Notes under the pieces: model-generated
The model's input: the letters and a program-made list of their open reading frames with translations, nothing else
Database searches by the model: none
What the model was told of the DNA's origin: nothing
NCBI GenBank assembly: GCA_018401695.1
Contig: JAGYKD010000004.1
Span: forward strand, 30,014 to 94,013
DNA length: 64,000 bases
Reading direction: 5' to 3'
Source: Flavobacteriales bacterium
Lineage (GTDB): Bacteria > Bacteroidota > Bacteroidia > CAIKAF01
Shown: one piece after another, positions 17,815-28,738 of the stretch
Numbering within the stretch: position 1 is the first letter of the stretch
Layout of the letters: each line of letters opens with the position of its first letter
Position numbers and translations under genes: made by a program

Positions 17815-18533
17815 GGTTGCAGTTTGAAGCTTATGGGTAAGGCATAAGAAACCCGCACGGGTCGTCCTTGCACTTTTCCCGGCTCTAAGGCGGGAAGCAA
17901 GGAGAATACCCTTACTACTTCTTCTTGAAAGTACTCCTTTTGCTTGCCTGCCATCTCTTGGAGCTGAATGCTGCCATCTTTCTCAATAATAAACTGTACA
18001 TAAATTTTGCTCTCGATTTTGTGCCTTTTGGCCTCTTCCGGATACCTGAGGTGTTGGGCCAAATGGTTCCGTAGACCATCATTTAAGCAGGTTTCCTGAT
18101 GTTCTTTCTTGCTTTGGCGTCCACAATTTTTAAAGTAGGGTAGATCGTGGACCGCCATGGGATTTGAAACGCTTGGCTCGTCATTAATGGATGGCCCTTC
18201 ATTCGTGAAACCTTGCTCAATTTCCGGACCTTCTTTAAAATCCGGATCTGGATTCGGCTCAGGGTTTGGTTCCGGCAAGGGTTCGGGGCTTAGTTTAAAT
18301 TCATCTATGATTTCTTTAGGATCTTGGGTGGGCTTGGCGGCAACCCGTTCCTGTACTTTGGGTTCAGGAAAGTATGATGCTATAATGAAGGGTTCCTCTT
18401 GGCTGTTTTCCTGGAAAAAGGCCATTTTTTCGCCTTTTGTGCTTCTCCATTCAAAAGCCATAAGCGCTAGGGTGCTTGAGATGCCTACGCCGATAGTAAA
18501 GCGCAGCAGTCGGTTGGATGAATTTCTTTTCAT
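17811..18533 (-). CDS. Energy transducer TonB
   Basis: TM then FEW, PEPNPEP spacer, LRYPEEAK...VQFIIEKDG...PGKVQGRPV..Y.LPISF. Confidence 0.88.
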   Translation of the reverse strand: MKRNSSNRLLRFTIGVGISSTLALMAFEWRSTKGEKMAFFQENSQEEPFIIASYFPEPKVQERVAAKPTQDPKEIIDEFKLSPEPLPEPNPEPNPDPDFKEGPEIEQGFTNEGPSINDEPSVSNPMAVHDLPYFKNCGRQSKKEHQETCLNDGLRNHLAQHLRYPEEAKRHKIESKIYVQFIIEKDGSIQLQEMAGKQKEYFQEEVVRVFSLLPALEPGKVQGRPVRVSYALPISFKLQP

Positions 18534-18681
18534 GGTTTTTATTTTATAAACGGTATAGCTCGGTACCTTGGTGTGTGCCGGTTCTAACAAAATCAGGACT
18601 TTATCGGGGAAGTCGGTAAAGATTTCTAGAGAGTTTTTGCCGCAGTATGCCGTGCTTTTTTTGGTAGTGTATCTTTGGGCT

Positions 18682-19140
18682 ATGGAAATGTTCAGCGACG
18701 AATGGTTTATGCGCGAGGCCTTACGGGAGGCTCAAAAGGCATACGATTTGGGTGAGGTACCTGTGGGTGCTGTGGTGGTTTCAGGGCACCGAATCATTGC
18801 GAGGGCCCATAACTTAACGGAGCAGTTGAATGACGTTACCGCCCATGCCGAAATGCAGGCCATCACTGCCGCTGCCAATTTTTTGGGAGCTAAATACCTA
18901 ACGGAATGCCGATTGTTTGTGACTTTGGAGCCTTGTCCCATGTGTGCCGGTGCCATTCGTTGGGCTCGACCCGTGGAACTGGTGTATGGCGCCGCTGATT
19001 TAAAATACGGGTTTGATTCTACGGAAGAAGGACGCCTACATCCCAAAACCAAGGTAAAAGGTGGCGTATATGGCGAGGCTTGCGGACTTTTACTCAGTCG
19101 TTTTTTTCAGGAGAGACGCAGGGCAAATGGTGAAGGATGA
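18682..19140 (+). CDS. tadA: tRNA adenosine(34) deaminase
   Basis: EVPVGAV, HAE, TLEPCPMC; TATCTTTG -7 box just upstream of the ATG at 18682. Confidence 0.9.
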   Translation: MEMFSDEWFMREALREAQKAYDLGEVPVGAVVVSGHRIIARAHNLTEQLNDVTAHAEMQAITAAANFLGAKYLTECRLFVTLEPCPMCAGAIRWARPVELVYGAADLKYGFDSTEEGRLHPKTKVKGGVYGEACGLLLSRFFQERRRANGEG

Positions 19141-19380
19141 GGTAAAGACGGGATGCCTCCAGTCTCTCGGTGTTGAGTGATGAGGTAAAGACGGGATGCC
19201 TCCCGTCTCACGATGGGGCGTGATGAGGTAAAGACGGGATGCCTCCCGTCTCCCGATGGGGCGTGTTGAGGTAAAGACGGGATGCCTCCCGTCTCACGTT
19301 GGGGCGTGTTGAGGTAAAGACGGGATGCCTCCGTCTCACGTTGGGGCGTGTTGAGGTAAAGACGGGATGCCCCCCTCTCT
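19136..19380 (+). repeat. REP-like tandem array, 6 x 43 bp
   Basis: GTAAAGACGGGA-TGCC-TCCCGTCTC at 19142, 19185, 19228, 19271, 19314, 19356 with near-identical linkers. Confidence 0.9.
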
Positions 19381-19540
19381 GCAAGGTCTTTGCGGTGCTA
19401 AAGGTTTCACGCAAAGCCGCGAAAACGCAAAGCGCATTTGGCGTCCCTAATTGTTTTGGGTTAATGCAAAACTGCACTCAGGATAGGGTTTTTTGTACCC
19501 AGGAAGGAATATCGGGCCAGCTCCATCGGGTCGAAATCTC

Positions 19541-19810
19541 CGTAACCCCAGCCCCCTCGGGGCGAAAGCTTTGTACACCCAGCCCCTTAGGGGCGAAACC
19601 TCGGTAACAAAAAGGAGCGTGGTAACCCCCCAGCCCTGTAGGGGCGAAACCTCGGTAACAAAAAGGAGCGTGGTACCCCCCCCCCAGCCCTGTAGGGGCG
19701 AAACCTCGGTAACAAAAAGGAGCGTGGTAACCCCCCCCAGCCCTGTAGGGGCGAAACCTCGGTAACAGAAAGGAGCGTGGTAACCCCCCAGCCCTGTAGG
19801 GGCGACACCT
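19541..19810 (+). repeat. Tandem array of 51-54 bp units containing GTAGGGGCG
   Basis: CCCAGCCCTGTAGGGGCGAAACCTCGGTAACAAAAAGGAGCGTGGTAAC, about 5 copies with a variable poly-C. Confidence 0.9.
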
Positions 19811-19816
19811 TTGTTT

Positions 19817-19983
19817 CCCCCCACGGAGCGTAAAGCGCCCCGGCATAGGCCAATTAGCCTGCCGATGTGGGGTGCCCAGCCGCTGCGTAGGCAAGAGCGA
19901 CCACAGGAAGCTCCTTGCCTACGCAATGCGGCGTAGCTAGCCCACAAGGCAGCTAATGGCCGGAGACGGAAAAGGCGCCCAAA
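19817..19983 (-). repeat. GC-rich long-hairpin element (E5; inverted copy of E2)
   Basis: Reverse complement matches 4603-4770 almost base for base. Confidence 0.85.
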
Positions 19984-20014
19984 TCCCCCAAAAAACAATC
20001 AGGAATAGCAAGGA

Positions 20015-21382
20015 TTAGAACAGGGGACCGGAAAAGTGCATAAAAAAGCCGGTTTGCTGTCGGTCGTTGGTGGCGATGTAAAATTGAAACACCCAATCGT
20101 AGTAGCTCACCAGGTCGATGCCGCCGCCCCAGCCGGTGAGCCAGCGGTTGCCCAGAGGGTTGCTTTGGCCTGTGTGCAGGTCGCGGGTGATGCCTGCATC
20201 GGCAAAAATGCGTGCGTGAAAGCGCAGCGGAACCGGGTTAAATTTGGGTGTTTTTACCCAAGGGAGTTTTAGATTCCACTGAGGGAATATCTGGAAATTC
20301 AAGTCAACTTTCCCAAGCGCACTGTGTTCTCCATCAATGACATACAATTCATAGCCACGAACCAAAAGTCCATAGCCCAGACCTTGGCGAAAGAGGTAAG
20401 GGGCTCGGTCGCCGGCGCTGGTGTTTGCTCCTAGCCGTCCTCGTAGGCTCCAACGTGGCCTAAAAGCCCAGGCCGCATCGGCGGAAATGCTCCAAACCCA
20501 ACGGTTTAGGCTTCCCCGGTCCAAGCTGCCTTGCCTTATGAGGCCCGTGCTAAGCATGTAGCCGTTCCAAGGGTAGGGTTGATAATCGCGTCTGTCGTGG
20601 CGGAGGCTTATGGCCGCGGTAAGGATGTTTGCGGTTTGTGCGCCGTTGCCCAGCAGTTCCGGAAAGAGTAGGGCAAGGCTGTCGTTCAGGGCAATGCCTT
20701 GCCACATAAAAGTGGTGCTTAGGTGCTGCCAAAACTTGGGTCGATAGACCATGCTGAGGGCCGCGCGGTAGCTTTGGTAGCCGTTGCCGGAGCTTTCGTA
20801 GAACACCCTTTGGTTGTTGAGGTTGGTGGCTACGGGCATTTCGCGCAAGGCATTGTATTTAAAAAAACCGCCCAGTCCAAAGGTCTTTTTTTTGTTCAAA
20901 AAGGGAGCGCCGTATTCAATGCCTAATTCGCGGTTAAAGCCCCAGCGGAGTTTCAGGTCGAGTTGCTCGCGTCTGCCTCTAAAATTGACCCAAACCAGGT
21001 GGATTCCATAATTGATTCGATCCCATTGCTTGGCGTCCAAAAAGGCATTGAGGTTGCGGTCGGCATGTTCTAGAATGGGTTGGGGCCAAATGTACCAGCG
21101 TTCCTGGAGCTTCACTACTATGCCATGGCGATTGTTTATGAGGCTGTCTTTGATTTCCACGCTGTTGAACAGCGCCGTGTTCATGAGGTTCTCTTGGGAC
21201 CGAAGGATGCGCTCGTCTTTAGGGCCGGTGAGGGTATCGCCTTGAGCAAAGGTAAGCTCCCGGTGCACCATATGGTCTTTGGTTATTTTATTGCCCTGCA
21301 ATTCTATAAACTCCACTACATGGGTTTGGGCCAAGCTGCAGGCAAAAGGGAAAAATAAAAAAAGCGGCAACCAAAGCCTCAT
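20015..21382 (-). CDS. POTRA-domain BamA/TamA-family outer membrane protein
   Basis: GNKITKD..VHREL POTRA, NFRGR, VRGYE, terminal F. Confidence 0.85.
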   Translation of the reverse strand: MRLWLPLFLFFPFACSLAQTHVVEFIELQGNKITKDHMVHRELTFAQGDTLTGPKDERILRSQENLMNTALFNSVEIKDSLINNRHGIVVKLQERWYIWPQPILEHADRNLNAFLDAKQWDRINYGIHLVWVNFRGRREQLDLKLRWGFNRELGIEYGAPFLNKKKTFGLGGFFKYNALREMPVATNLNNQRVFYESSGNGYQSYRAALSMVYRPKFWQHLSTTFMWQGIALNDSLALLFPELLGNGAQTANILTAAISLRHDRRDYQPYPWNGYMLSTGLIRQGSLDRGSLNRWVWSISADAAWAFRPRWSLRGRLGANTSAGDRAPYLFRQGLGYGLLVRGYELYVIDGEHSALGKVDLNFQIFPQWNLKLPWVKTPKFNPVPLRFHARIFADAGITRDLHTGQSNPLGNRWLTGWGGGIDLVSYYDWVFQFYIATNDRQQTGFFMHFSGPLF

Positions 21383-21402
21383 AGGGCAAAAGTACGCTCC
21401 CT

Positions 21403-22062
21403 TTACATATTTAAATAATTCATCAAAAGATCGTACCGGTCGTCCAAGTCGTCTCTTCCGGTACCAAAGTAGGAGCCTTTGATTTGATAGCTGTAACGTT
21501 CAAAAGTAGCCAGGATGCCGGTGATGTCGGAAACATTGAGTTTTATATGCACCTCCATTTGACCTTTTTCGTTGGTTTCAGACAAAAAGACAGAAGTGAT
21601 TTTGGCGTCGTTGCTTTCTACAATTTGCGCAATTTGACTAAGGCTGTAGTCTCTGTTGAGGACTTCCAGGACAATGATAGCTCCCGGCTCTTGCACACCT
21701 TTTATTTTTGCCAATCCTTCCACCAAATCCTTTAGGGTAATCATGCCCAGGTAGTGTTTTTGGTCGTTGAGCACCGGGACGGCAGATAGTTGCCATTGGT
21801 TGGCAAACTTTAGCACTTCCAGAATATGGTCCTGAGCCAAAACATGCGGTTTGGGCAGACTTAATTCGTGTGCTCCCAGGGCTTCTTCGGGGGCGTTCAT
21901 TTTGTATAAATCTTCTTCGGAAAATAAGCCTAAATACTCCAAATGATTTACGATGGGCAGGTGCTCCAACTTAAATTCTTCCATCCAGGTAAGGGCTTTT
22001 AAGCCATTGTCGCTGGTGCGGAGGGGAGGTATTTCGGCCGATAGTAAGTCTGCGGCTATCAT
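21403..22062 (-). CDS. CBS domain protein
   Basis: Paired CBS motifs (HLPIV..YLG, AVPVL...YLGMIT), DYSLSQIAQIVESN. Confidence 0.9.
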   Translation of the reverse strand: MIAADLLSAEIPPLRTSDNGLKALTWMEEFKLEHLPIVNHLEYLGLFSEEDLYKMNAPEEALGAHELSLPKPHVLAQDHILEVLKFANQWQLSAVPVLNDQKHYLGMITLKDLVEGLAKIKGVQEPGAIIVLEVLNRDYSLSQIAQIVESNDAKITSVFLSETNEKGQMEVHIKLNVSDITGILATFERYSYQIKGSYFGTGRDDLDDRYDLLMNYLNM

Positions 22063-22139
22063 GGTATGAATGGTAACGTAATTTTCATGCTTTTCGCATC
22101 AAACTTAAAACAATTAAGCTTTGTTATAGTTTTGCCCAC

Positions 22140-22871
22140 ATGGTTAGACTCAGTGTCAATATCAACAAAATTGCCACCCTGCGAAACGCTCGAGGAGGCA
22201 ATATGCCCAATGTGCTTCAGGTAGCCAAAGATTGCGAATCCTTTGGTGCTCAGGGTATAACTGTTCATCCGCGGCCGGATGAGCGGCACATTAAATACAA
22301 AGATGTGTTGGATTTAAAGCCATTGGTAAGCACCGAGTTTAATGTGGAAGGATATCCCAGTCCGGATTTTCTAGATTTGGTTTTTAAGGTCAAACCCCAC
22401 CAGGTTACCTTGGTTCCGGATCCACCGGAGGCATTGACCTCTAATGCCGGCTGGGATGTGGTGAAATATCGTGATTTTTTGAAGGAGACGGTGGCTCGTT
22501 TGCAGAATGAGGGCATACGTGTTAGTATTTTTATGGAGCCGGACGCCTCTTTAATGGAATCCGCTGCTGAAACCGGAACAGACAGGATAGAGTTGTATAC
22601 CGAAAGCTATGCCAAGCATTTTCCGGAAATAGGAGCAGAGGCAGCCAAAGCATTTGCGGATGCTTCCAAGGCTGCACATGCTTGTGGATTGGGAGTAAAC
22701 GCCGGCCACGACCTAAATTTGGATAACCTTAAAACCTTTGTGCAGGAGGTACCTCATGTTTTGGAAGTGTCCATAGGTCATGCGCTTATTTGCGACTCCT
22801 TATATTATGGGCTTCAAAACACCATTGGGATGTATTTGGCCCTTTGTAATCCCCCAACAGAATTACCATGA
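22140..22871 (+). CDS. pdxJ: Pyridoxine 5'-phosphate synthase
   Basis: [44 protein letters not shown]. Confidence 0.97.
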   Translation: MVRLSVNINKIATLRNARGGNMPNVLQVAKDCESFGAQGITVHPRPDERHIKYKDVLDLKPLVSTEFNVEGYPSPDFLDLVFKVKPHQVTLVPDPPEALTSNAGWDVVKYRDFLKETVARLQNEGIRVSIFMEPDASLMESAAETGTDRIELYTESYAKHFPEIGAEAAKAFADASKAAHACGLGVNAGHDLNLDNLKTFVQEVPHVLEVSIGHALICDSLYYGLQNTIGMYLALCNPPTELP

Positions 22872-23632
22872 AGCTGCATGCACAAATATACGGTGAGGGA
22901 CCTGCGCTCATTATATTGCACGGACTTTTTGGGTCAGGCGACAACTGGGCAAGCCTTGCCAAAGGTTACGGAGAACATTTCCAGGTGCATTGTATAGATC
23001 AGCGCAACCATGGAAGGTCGCCCCACCATCCGGAGCATAGTTACCCGGCCATGTCGGAGGATTTGAGGGAGTATTTGGACGATCATGACCTTGGGAAGGT
23101 GTGTATTATTGGGCATTCCATGGGCGGAAAAACCGCCATGTTTTTTGCAGCAGACTATCCGGAAAGGGTAGACCACTTGTTGGTTGCAGATATTGGTCCT
23201 TGGAGTTATCCGGTGCACCATGGCAGCATTATTCAAGCCATGAAGGCGCTCACTCTTTGGGAGTACAAGCGTAGAAGCGAGGTAGAAGATGCATTTGCAC
23301 AATCCGGTTTGGATGCGGCTACCCGTATGTTTTTGTTAAAATCCATATACCGAAAAAATGGAGCTTTTGCTTGGCGGTTTAATTTAGATGGCTTGGCCGA
23401 AGAAATTGAAGAGGTTGGCCGAGCACTGCCCGAATCTGCCGGTTTTGATGGCCCAAGCTTGTTTTTGAAAGGAGGCCTAAGTGCTTATGTCCCTCAAGAT
23501 CGCTGGCCTGAAGTGCTTAACCACTTTCCAAATGCCGCATTAGATACCATAGCTCAAGCCGGTCATTGGTTGCATGCCGATGCTCCCGATGCATTTTTTG
23601 ATAGCACCATGCATTTTTTGGGCGTGATTTAA
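22868..23632 (+). CDS. Alpha/beta hydrolase (YbfF-like esterase)
   Basis: HGLFG..DNW, RNHG.S, GHSMGGK, AGHWLHA. Confidence 0.92.
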   Translation: MKLHAQIYGEGPALIILHGLFGSGDNWASLAKGYGEHFQVHCIDQRNHGRSPHHPEHSYPAMSEDLREYLDDHDLGKVCIIGHSMGGKTAMFFAADYPERVDHLLVADIGPWSYPVHHGSIIQAMKALTLWEYKRRSEVEDAFAQSGLDAATRMFLLKSIYRKNGAFAWRFNLDGLAEEIEEVGRALPESAGFDGPSLFLKGGLSAYVPQDRWPEVLNHFPNAALDTIAQAGHWLHADAPDAFFDSTMHFLGVI

Positions 23633-23719
23633 GGTAATTTTAAGGAGTCAAGCGCCTTAGAATTTCTTTATTGAAAACAAAGTCTTATTTTCGCACCTAT
23701 ATTTAAACAGCCATAAACT

Positions 23720-25405
23720 ATGAGCCCAAAATCGTTAGGCCTTGTCGCTTTAGTAGCATTATCCGCAGCCGGCTGTGGAAAGTTCAACCTCGATCTTGTA
23801 GAATACAACGTTAGCCCAAGCCCACTTGAATACCACAACGACTCAGTAGAAGTAACCATTACTGCGTCTTATCCGGAGAAAGTAGTGCCCAAAAAGGCAG
23901 AAGTGACGCTTACTCCTGTCATTAAATACAAAGGTGGTGAATTGGCGCTTAAGGCAACCAGTTACCGTGGCGAAAAATCTACCGGAAGCGGAGAAATCCT
24001 GAGCCACTCCGGAGGTTCCATCAACGGATACAACGATATTGTGGCCTTTGCTAAGGGTATGGAAGAAGCAGAGCTTCACATTCGTGCCGTGGGTAGCGTT
24101 AAAGGCAAAGAAAAATTCAATGAAACCACCACTCAGCCTATTGCTTTGGGAACCATCATGACCCCAACTTTAGTAATGGGTGATGAGCGTTTTGATTACA
24201 GCGAACACAATTACGGTCCTATTTACAAAAACAGCACCGTGCACGTATACTTCCCTTACAACAGTGCCAGAATTCGTCCCGGCGAACGTAGCTCCGATGA
24301 AATGGAAAGCTTCCAAAGCTTTGCCGAAGCTCAAAAAGCCGATGGCGGAACCTTCGAAAAGGTGGAAGTGAATGGCTGGGCATCTCCTGATGGGGAAGAA
24401 GCCAATAACCAAGGGCTCTCCTCAGATCGTGCAGCAGCAGTTAAAGACATGATGGAGTCGTACTTTACTCGTCAATTGGATATTGCTACGATTCAATTTA
24501 CCGTAAATGGTAAAGGCGAAGATAAAAGCGGATTCTCGCGCTTATTGAACGAATCTCAAGTGGAAGGAAAAGCAGAAGTAAGCAGCCAAATCAACTCCGG
24601 TGCCTTTAATTCCGAACTCAAAGGCCTTGGTCGTGAAACTTACGCTACCTTAGAAAAAGAAGTATTTACTCCCCTCCGTCGTGCAGAAGTAGTACTTACT
24701 GTAAAAGAACGTCAAAAAACCAACGAAGAGTTGGTAGCTTATGCTACTGCCGACTCAGCTTTGAGTTTAGAGGAGTTTTTGTACACCGTAGAGACTTTGA
24801 TTAAAGAAGATGCCACCAAACTTCAGGTCTTGGACTTTGCCGCTCGTCGTTATCCTGACGATTACCGGGCCTACAACAACCGCGGGGTAATCTTGGCTCG
24901 TCAAGGAAAAATCCAGGAAGCCAAAACCGAATTCGAAAAAGCCGAAAAAGTAAATGGAAGTGCATCTGATGTACAAACCAACCTTGGCGCTTGTTACATG
25001 AAGCTTGGTAACCGTGATAAGGCTATGGCTCACTATAAAAAAGCTCAAGGCGGAAGCCAGGAAAACAACCACAACTTAGGAAGCCTCTACATTCGCATGG
25101 CTAAGTATACTGAGGCGGTTTCTATGTTTGGCGATGAGTGCTCCTTCAACGCGGCTTTGGCTAAAGTATTGGCAGGTTCTCCTGAGAAAGCCGGTCCTAC
25201 CTTAGACTGCGGCGATCAAAAAGAATTGGCCCTAAGCTTTTACCTGAAAGCCGTTGCTGCTGCCCGTACCAATTCTCAGCAAGCGGTCTACGACAATCTT
25301 GGAAAAGCCATTGGAAAAGACGCCTCATTGAAAGAAAAAGCCAAGAAAGATTTGGAGTTCTTGAAAATGCGCTCAAACAGCGAGTTCCAATCGCTTACCA
25401 ACTAA
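23720..25405 (+). CDS. Lipoprotein with OmpA-like and TPR domains
   Basis: Lipobox AAGC, ASPDG...N..LSSDRA, TPR-like AYNNRG/TNLG/HNLG. Confidence 0.8.
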   Translation: MSPKSLGLVALVALSAAGCGKFNLDLVEYNVSPSPLEYHNDSVEVTITASYPEKVVPKKAEVTLTPVIKYKGGELALKATSYRGEKSTGSGEILSHSGGSINGYNDIVAFAKGMEEAELHIRAVGSVKGKEKFNETTTQPIALGTIMTPTLVMGDERFDYSEHNYGPIYKNSTVHVYFPYNSARIRPGERSSDEMESFQSFAEAQKADGGTFEKVEVNGWASPDGEEANNQGLSSDRAAAVKDMMESYFTRQLDIATIQFTVNGKGEDKSGFSRLLNESQVEGKAEVSSQINSGAFNSELKGLGRETYATLEKEVFTPLRRAEVVLTVKERQKTNEELVAYATADSALSLEEFLYTVETLIKEDATKLQVLDFAARRYPDDYRAYNNRGVILARQGKIQEAKTEFEKAEKVNGSASDVQTNLGACYMKLGNRDKAMAHYKKAQGGSQENNHNLGSLYIRMAKYTEAVSMFGDECSFNAALAKVLAGSPEKAGPTLDCGDQKELALSFYLKAVAAARTNSQQAVYDNLGKAIGKDASLKEKAKKDLEFLKMRSNSEFQSLTN

Positions 25406-25425
25406 ATTTTTTGAAGGAGAACAGG

Positions 25426-25455
25426 AAAGGGAGTTGTAATACAGCTCCCTTTTTT
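25426..25455 (+). terminator. Intrinsic terminator
   Basis: AAAGGGAGTTGTA-A-TACAGCTCCCTTTTTT. Confidence 0.8.
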
Positions 25456-25527
25456 GGTTTTACGCATGGCCTTTTGTTCATGGCTACTCCAATGTAATCC
25501 TTATCTTTGCACCAAATTTTATACAAT

Positions 25528-26844
25528 ATGTCGCAAACGACAACGGCCTACGTGCCTTACAAAGTAAAAGACATCAGCATGGCTGAATGGGGCCGCAACG
25601 AAATTCGTCTTGCCGAAGCCGAAATGCCCGGCCTAATGGCCCTTAGAGAAGAGTATGGCGAAAGCAAACCGCTCAAAGGAGCACGTATTGCCGGTTGCTT
25701 GCATATGACCATTCAAACCGCCGTTTTGATTGAAACTTTGGTTGAATTAGGTGCTGAAGTTACTTGGTCTTCCTGCAATATCTTCTCAACGCAAGACCAC
25801 GCCGCTGCCGCTATTGCCGCTCGTGGAATTTCTGTGTATGCCTGGAAAGGAATGAACGAAGAAGAGTTCGACTGGTGCATAGAGCAAACCCTTTTCTTTG
25901 GCGAGGACCGCAAGCCCTTGAATATGATTCTGGACGACGGTGGCGACCTTACCAATATGGTATTGGACCGCTATCCGGAACTTGTGGCCGCTATTCGCGG
26001 TCTTTCAGAAGAAACCACTACCGGCGTACACCGCCTTTACGAGCGCATGAAAAAGGGCACTTTGCCCATGCCCGCCATTAACGTTAACGACTCGGTAACC
26101 AAATCTAAGTTCGACAACAAATATGGTTGTAAAGAATCTTTGGTAGACGCCATTCGCCGTGCTACCGACGTTATGATTGCCGGAAAAGTAGCCGTGGTTT
26201 GTGGTTACGGGGACGTAGGTAAAGGTTCTGCCGCTTCTTTGAGCGGAGCCGGTGCTCGGGTAATTGTTACTGAAATCGACCCCATTTGTGCACTCCAGGC
26301 TGCCATGGACGGTTTTGAAGTGAAAAAATTAAACACCTGCATCGCTGAAGCCGATATCGTGGTAACCGCCACCGGCAACAAAGACATCGTCCGCGGGGAG
26401 CATTTCGAAGCCATGAAAGACAAAACCATTGTCTGCAACATCGGCCACTTCGATAACGAAATCGATGTAGCTTGGTTGAAAAATAACCATGGCAGCAGCC
26501 ATGTGAACATCAAGCCCCAGGTGGACTTGTATAATGTGAACGGTAACGACATCATTCTCTTAGCCGAAGGGCGTTTGGTGAACCTGGGTTGTGCCACCGG
26601 TCACCCCTCTTTTGTCATGTCCAACTCCTTTACCAACCAAACCTTGGCTCAACTTGAATTGTGGACCAACCACAGCAATTACGAGAACCAAGTATACATG
26701 CTGCCTAAGCATTTGGACGAAAAAGTGGCCAAATTGCACCTCGCAAAAATCGGGGTAGAATTGGAAGAACTTTCCAAAGACCAAGCCGATTACATTGGCG
26801 TGGAAGTCGAAGGACCTTTCAAGCCGGAATACTACCGTTATTGA
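25528..26844 (+). CDS. ahcY: Adenosylhomocysteinase
   Basis: [55 protein letters not shown]. Confidence 0.98.
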   Translation: MSQTTTAYVPYKVKDISMAEWGRNEIRLAEAEMPGLMALREEYGESKPLKGARIAGCLHMTIQTAVLIETLVELGAEVTWSSCNIFSTQDHAAAAIAARGISVYAWKGMNEEEFDWCIEQTLFFGEDRKPLNMILDDGGDLTNMVLDRYPELVAAIRGLSEETTTGVHRLYERMKKGTLPMPAINVNDSVTKSKFDNKYGCKESLVDAIRRATDVMIAGKVAVVCGYGDVGKGSAASLSGAGARVIVTEIDPICALQAAMDGFEVKKLNTCIAEADIVVTATGNKDIVRGEHFEAMKDKTIVCNIGHFDNEIDVAWLKNNHGSSHVNIKPQVDLYNVNGNDIILLAEGRLVNLGCATGHPSFVMSNSFTNQTLAQLELWTNHSNYENQVYMLPKHLDEKVAKLHLAKIGVELEELSKDQADYIGVEVEGPFKPEYYRY

Positions 26845-26862
26845 TATCCGTACGCAATACAG

Positions 26863-26891
26863 AAAAGCCTCCTTCGGGAGGCTTTTTTTTT
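26863..26891 (+). terminator. Intrinsic terminator
   Basis: AAAAGCCTCC-TTCG-GGAGGCTTTTTTTT. Confidence 0.88.
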
Positions 26892-26902
26892 GGATGAAAT
26901 GT

Positions 26903-27051
26903 TTTGGGCGGCTTTTCCTGCCTTCCCTTTTACACTTCGGCCTCCGCCCTCTTAGGGCTAGGCGGTGCGTGGGCCCCTTTAAATGGGGGCCTCCGCCCGC
27001 CAAGCCCTAAGGGGCGCAGCCCTGCAGGGTAACCGGTCGGTCAGGGCCGCA
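26903..27051 (+). repeat. GC-rich long-hairpin element (E6)
   Basis: Homologous to the reverse complement of 3377-3529. Confidence 0.8.
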
Positions 27052-27165
27052 TGGAATCTTTTAAGTTTTGCTTTGAATGGCTGCCTCTCTAACTTGTTTG
27101 GTACCCAAGGGGTAAAAAACCATGAACCTAAAGCCAACAAGCCTTTTTACTTAAAACCAAAAATA

Positions 27166-27960
27166 CTACCGACCTCCTGTACTTTTAAGGAACTTATTGT
27201 CCTTGCCCGGCGGGAAAAAGTACTTAATATCCATGCTGAAATAGGTGCCCGAAATTGGAATAACCTGGGTTTGAAACCCAATGGGTCCCGGCGGCTGATT
27301 GCGTTCAATAAAAATGTCGGTTAAATCAAAAAAGGGCTGATGAAAGCTCCCGCCAAAGTATAGGTATCCTGAATTTCGAGTACGGTATTCAAAACCTACG
27401 CTTGCCCGCGCCGATGGGATAAACCATGAGTTTCTGCCGTTGTATATTTTAAATTCTTTCTCAGGATCGAGGCGCTGAGAGCTGGAAGGAAAAAAATCCA
27501 GGCTTACACCTACTGCATTATTTAAAAAGCTTCGTTCTCCCAAGCGCACATACACCAAGGCCATAATAGGAATTTCATAGCCGATATAATTCACCCCGTT
27601 TTCAAAAATAAGACTGTCGATTTGTTGGTTGGTACCACTGGTGCGCCCAATTTGAATTTGGTGCCTTCGGCTGTGATAATAAAGCCCGGTTTGCAAGGAA
27701 AAGCGACTCGAAAAATCAATGCGCAAGTTGATTCCAAACCGAAATCGAAAGGCCGAATTTACGGTAAATAGTGTATCTGAGGCCAAACTGGTTTGGTCGC
27801 TACCAAAACTTGTGGGAATGGTAAGGTTTACCTCAGGGCCTACCGTTACAAAAACCTTTTGATCTTCTTTTACCGGTTCCGACCGGATAACCCCGGTTTG
27901 TTGAGCAAATAAGCCCAAGGAGCTTAATGCCGGCAAAAGACAAAACAAAATGCGCCGCAT
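27166..27960 (-). CDS. Outer-membrane beta-barrel domain protein (PorT-like)
   Basis: Signal peptide, alternating beta-strands, SLQTGL.Y, YEIP. Confidence 0.7.
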   Translation of the reverse strand: MRRILFCLLPALSSLGLFAQQTGVIRSEPVKEDQKVFVTVGPEVNLTIPTSFGSDQTSLASDTLFTVNSAFRFRFGINLRIDFSSRFSLQTGLYYHSRRHQIQIGRTSGTNQQIDSLIFENGVNYIGYEIPIMALVYVRLGERSFLNNAVGVSLDFFPSSSQRLDPEKEFKIYNGRNSWFIPSARASVGFEYRTRNSGYLYFGGSFHQPFFDLTDIFIERNQPPGPIGFQTQVIPISGTYFSMDIKYFFPPGKDNKFLKSTGGR

Positions 27961-28108
27961 GCATCAAAGGTACATTGCCGGTTTGACTCTTGGAGTGCAT
28001 TTGTTTCTATTCGGCATGATTTTTGGATTTTTTGACAGGATTACGGGCATTCCTTCGGGCTAAAAGATCTCGATTGCGTACATTTATGAACGACCAAATG
28101 CGGAAGAT

Positions 28109-28735
28109 ATGATGAACAGAAAAGGTTTTTTGAAGCGTAGCGGATGGATGGGCATTGGACTTTTGGCTGCACCCGGCTTAGCAAATGCAGGTGTTTGGAG
28201 CGCCAAAGACTCTTCTAAGGTGTTGCATGTGTTGCTTCCCGCAGGTTTGGCCCCCGTGCATCCCAAGCATTGGACAGCTTATAAAGAACTGAGCTTGCCC
28301 CCTTTAGGAACATTGCAACAAGTACAATACCGCTCGGCCTTGGCAGCGCCTCATACCCCACATAAAGAAGTTTGGCAAACTTTGCTCCACAAGGCATCTG
28401 TGCCAAAGGAGCAAGTTTGGGCTGACGAACACCTTGGATTAGGGAGTGACTTGGCCTTGTTGGATGCCTTAGCTAAATCTCCCAAATTACCTCAGGTGTT
28501 GGTGCTGGGCAGCAGCGACTTGGCGCATGGTACGCAACAAACTTATATCCAAAGTCAGGAACTCGTATTTTCGAAACTCCGCAAGGCTTGCGAAAATCGT
28601 GGGCTAAACCAAATACACCTGCACCAATTGCAAGGCCGCGATGACTTTGAAAATGGCCATGGAGGCTACGACCACAGTACCACCGCCGCTTACCAAAAGG
28701 TTTGGACCGCAACTTTTGAGCTGCAGCAGGCTTAA
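28109..28735 (+). CDS. Hypothetical protein with Tat-like signal; reduced DUF1501-like
   Basis: NRKGFLK signal; C-terminal GRD..ENG.GG.DH. Confidence 0.55.
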   Translation: MMNRKGFLKRSGWMGIGLLAAPGLANAGVWSAKDSSKVLHVLLPAGLAPVHPKHWTAYKELSLPPLGTLQQVQYRSALAAPHTPHKEVWQTLLHKASVPKEQVWADEHLGLGSDLALLDALAKSPKLPQVLVLGSSDLAHGTQQTYIQSQELVFSKLRKACENRGLNQIHLHQLQGRDDFENGHGGYDHSTTAAYQKVWTATFELQQA

Positions 28736-28738
28736 ATT

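Noticed and set aside
19136-19810. CRISPR array
   Set aside because: Linkers between repeats are short and near identical rather than unique spacers; no cas genes
19208-19998. Repetitive ORFs across the repeat arrays
   Set aside because: Products of tandem DNA repeats open in several frames, with no protein-family features
25456-25527. SAM or SAH riboswitch upstream of ahcY
   Set aside because: The TATCTTTG promoter is only ~20 bp before the start, leaving no room, and no motif was recognised
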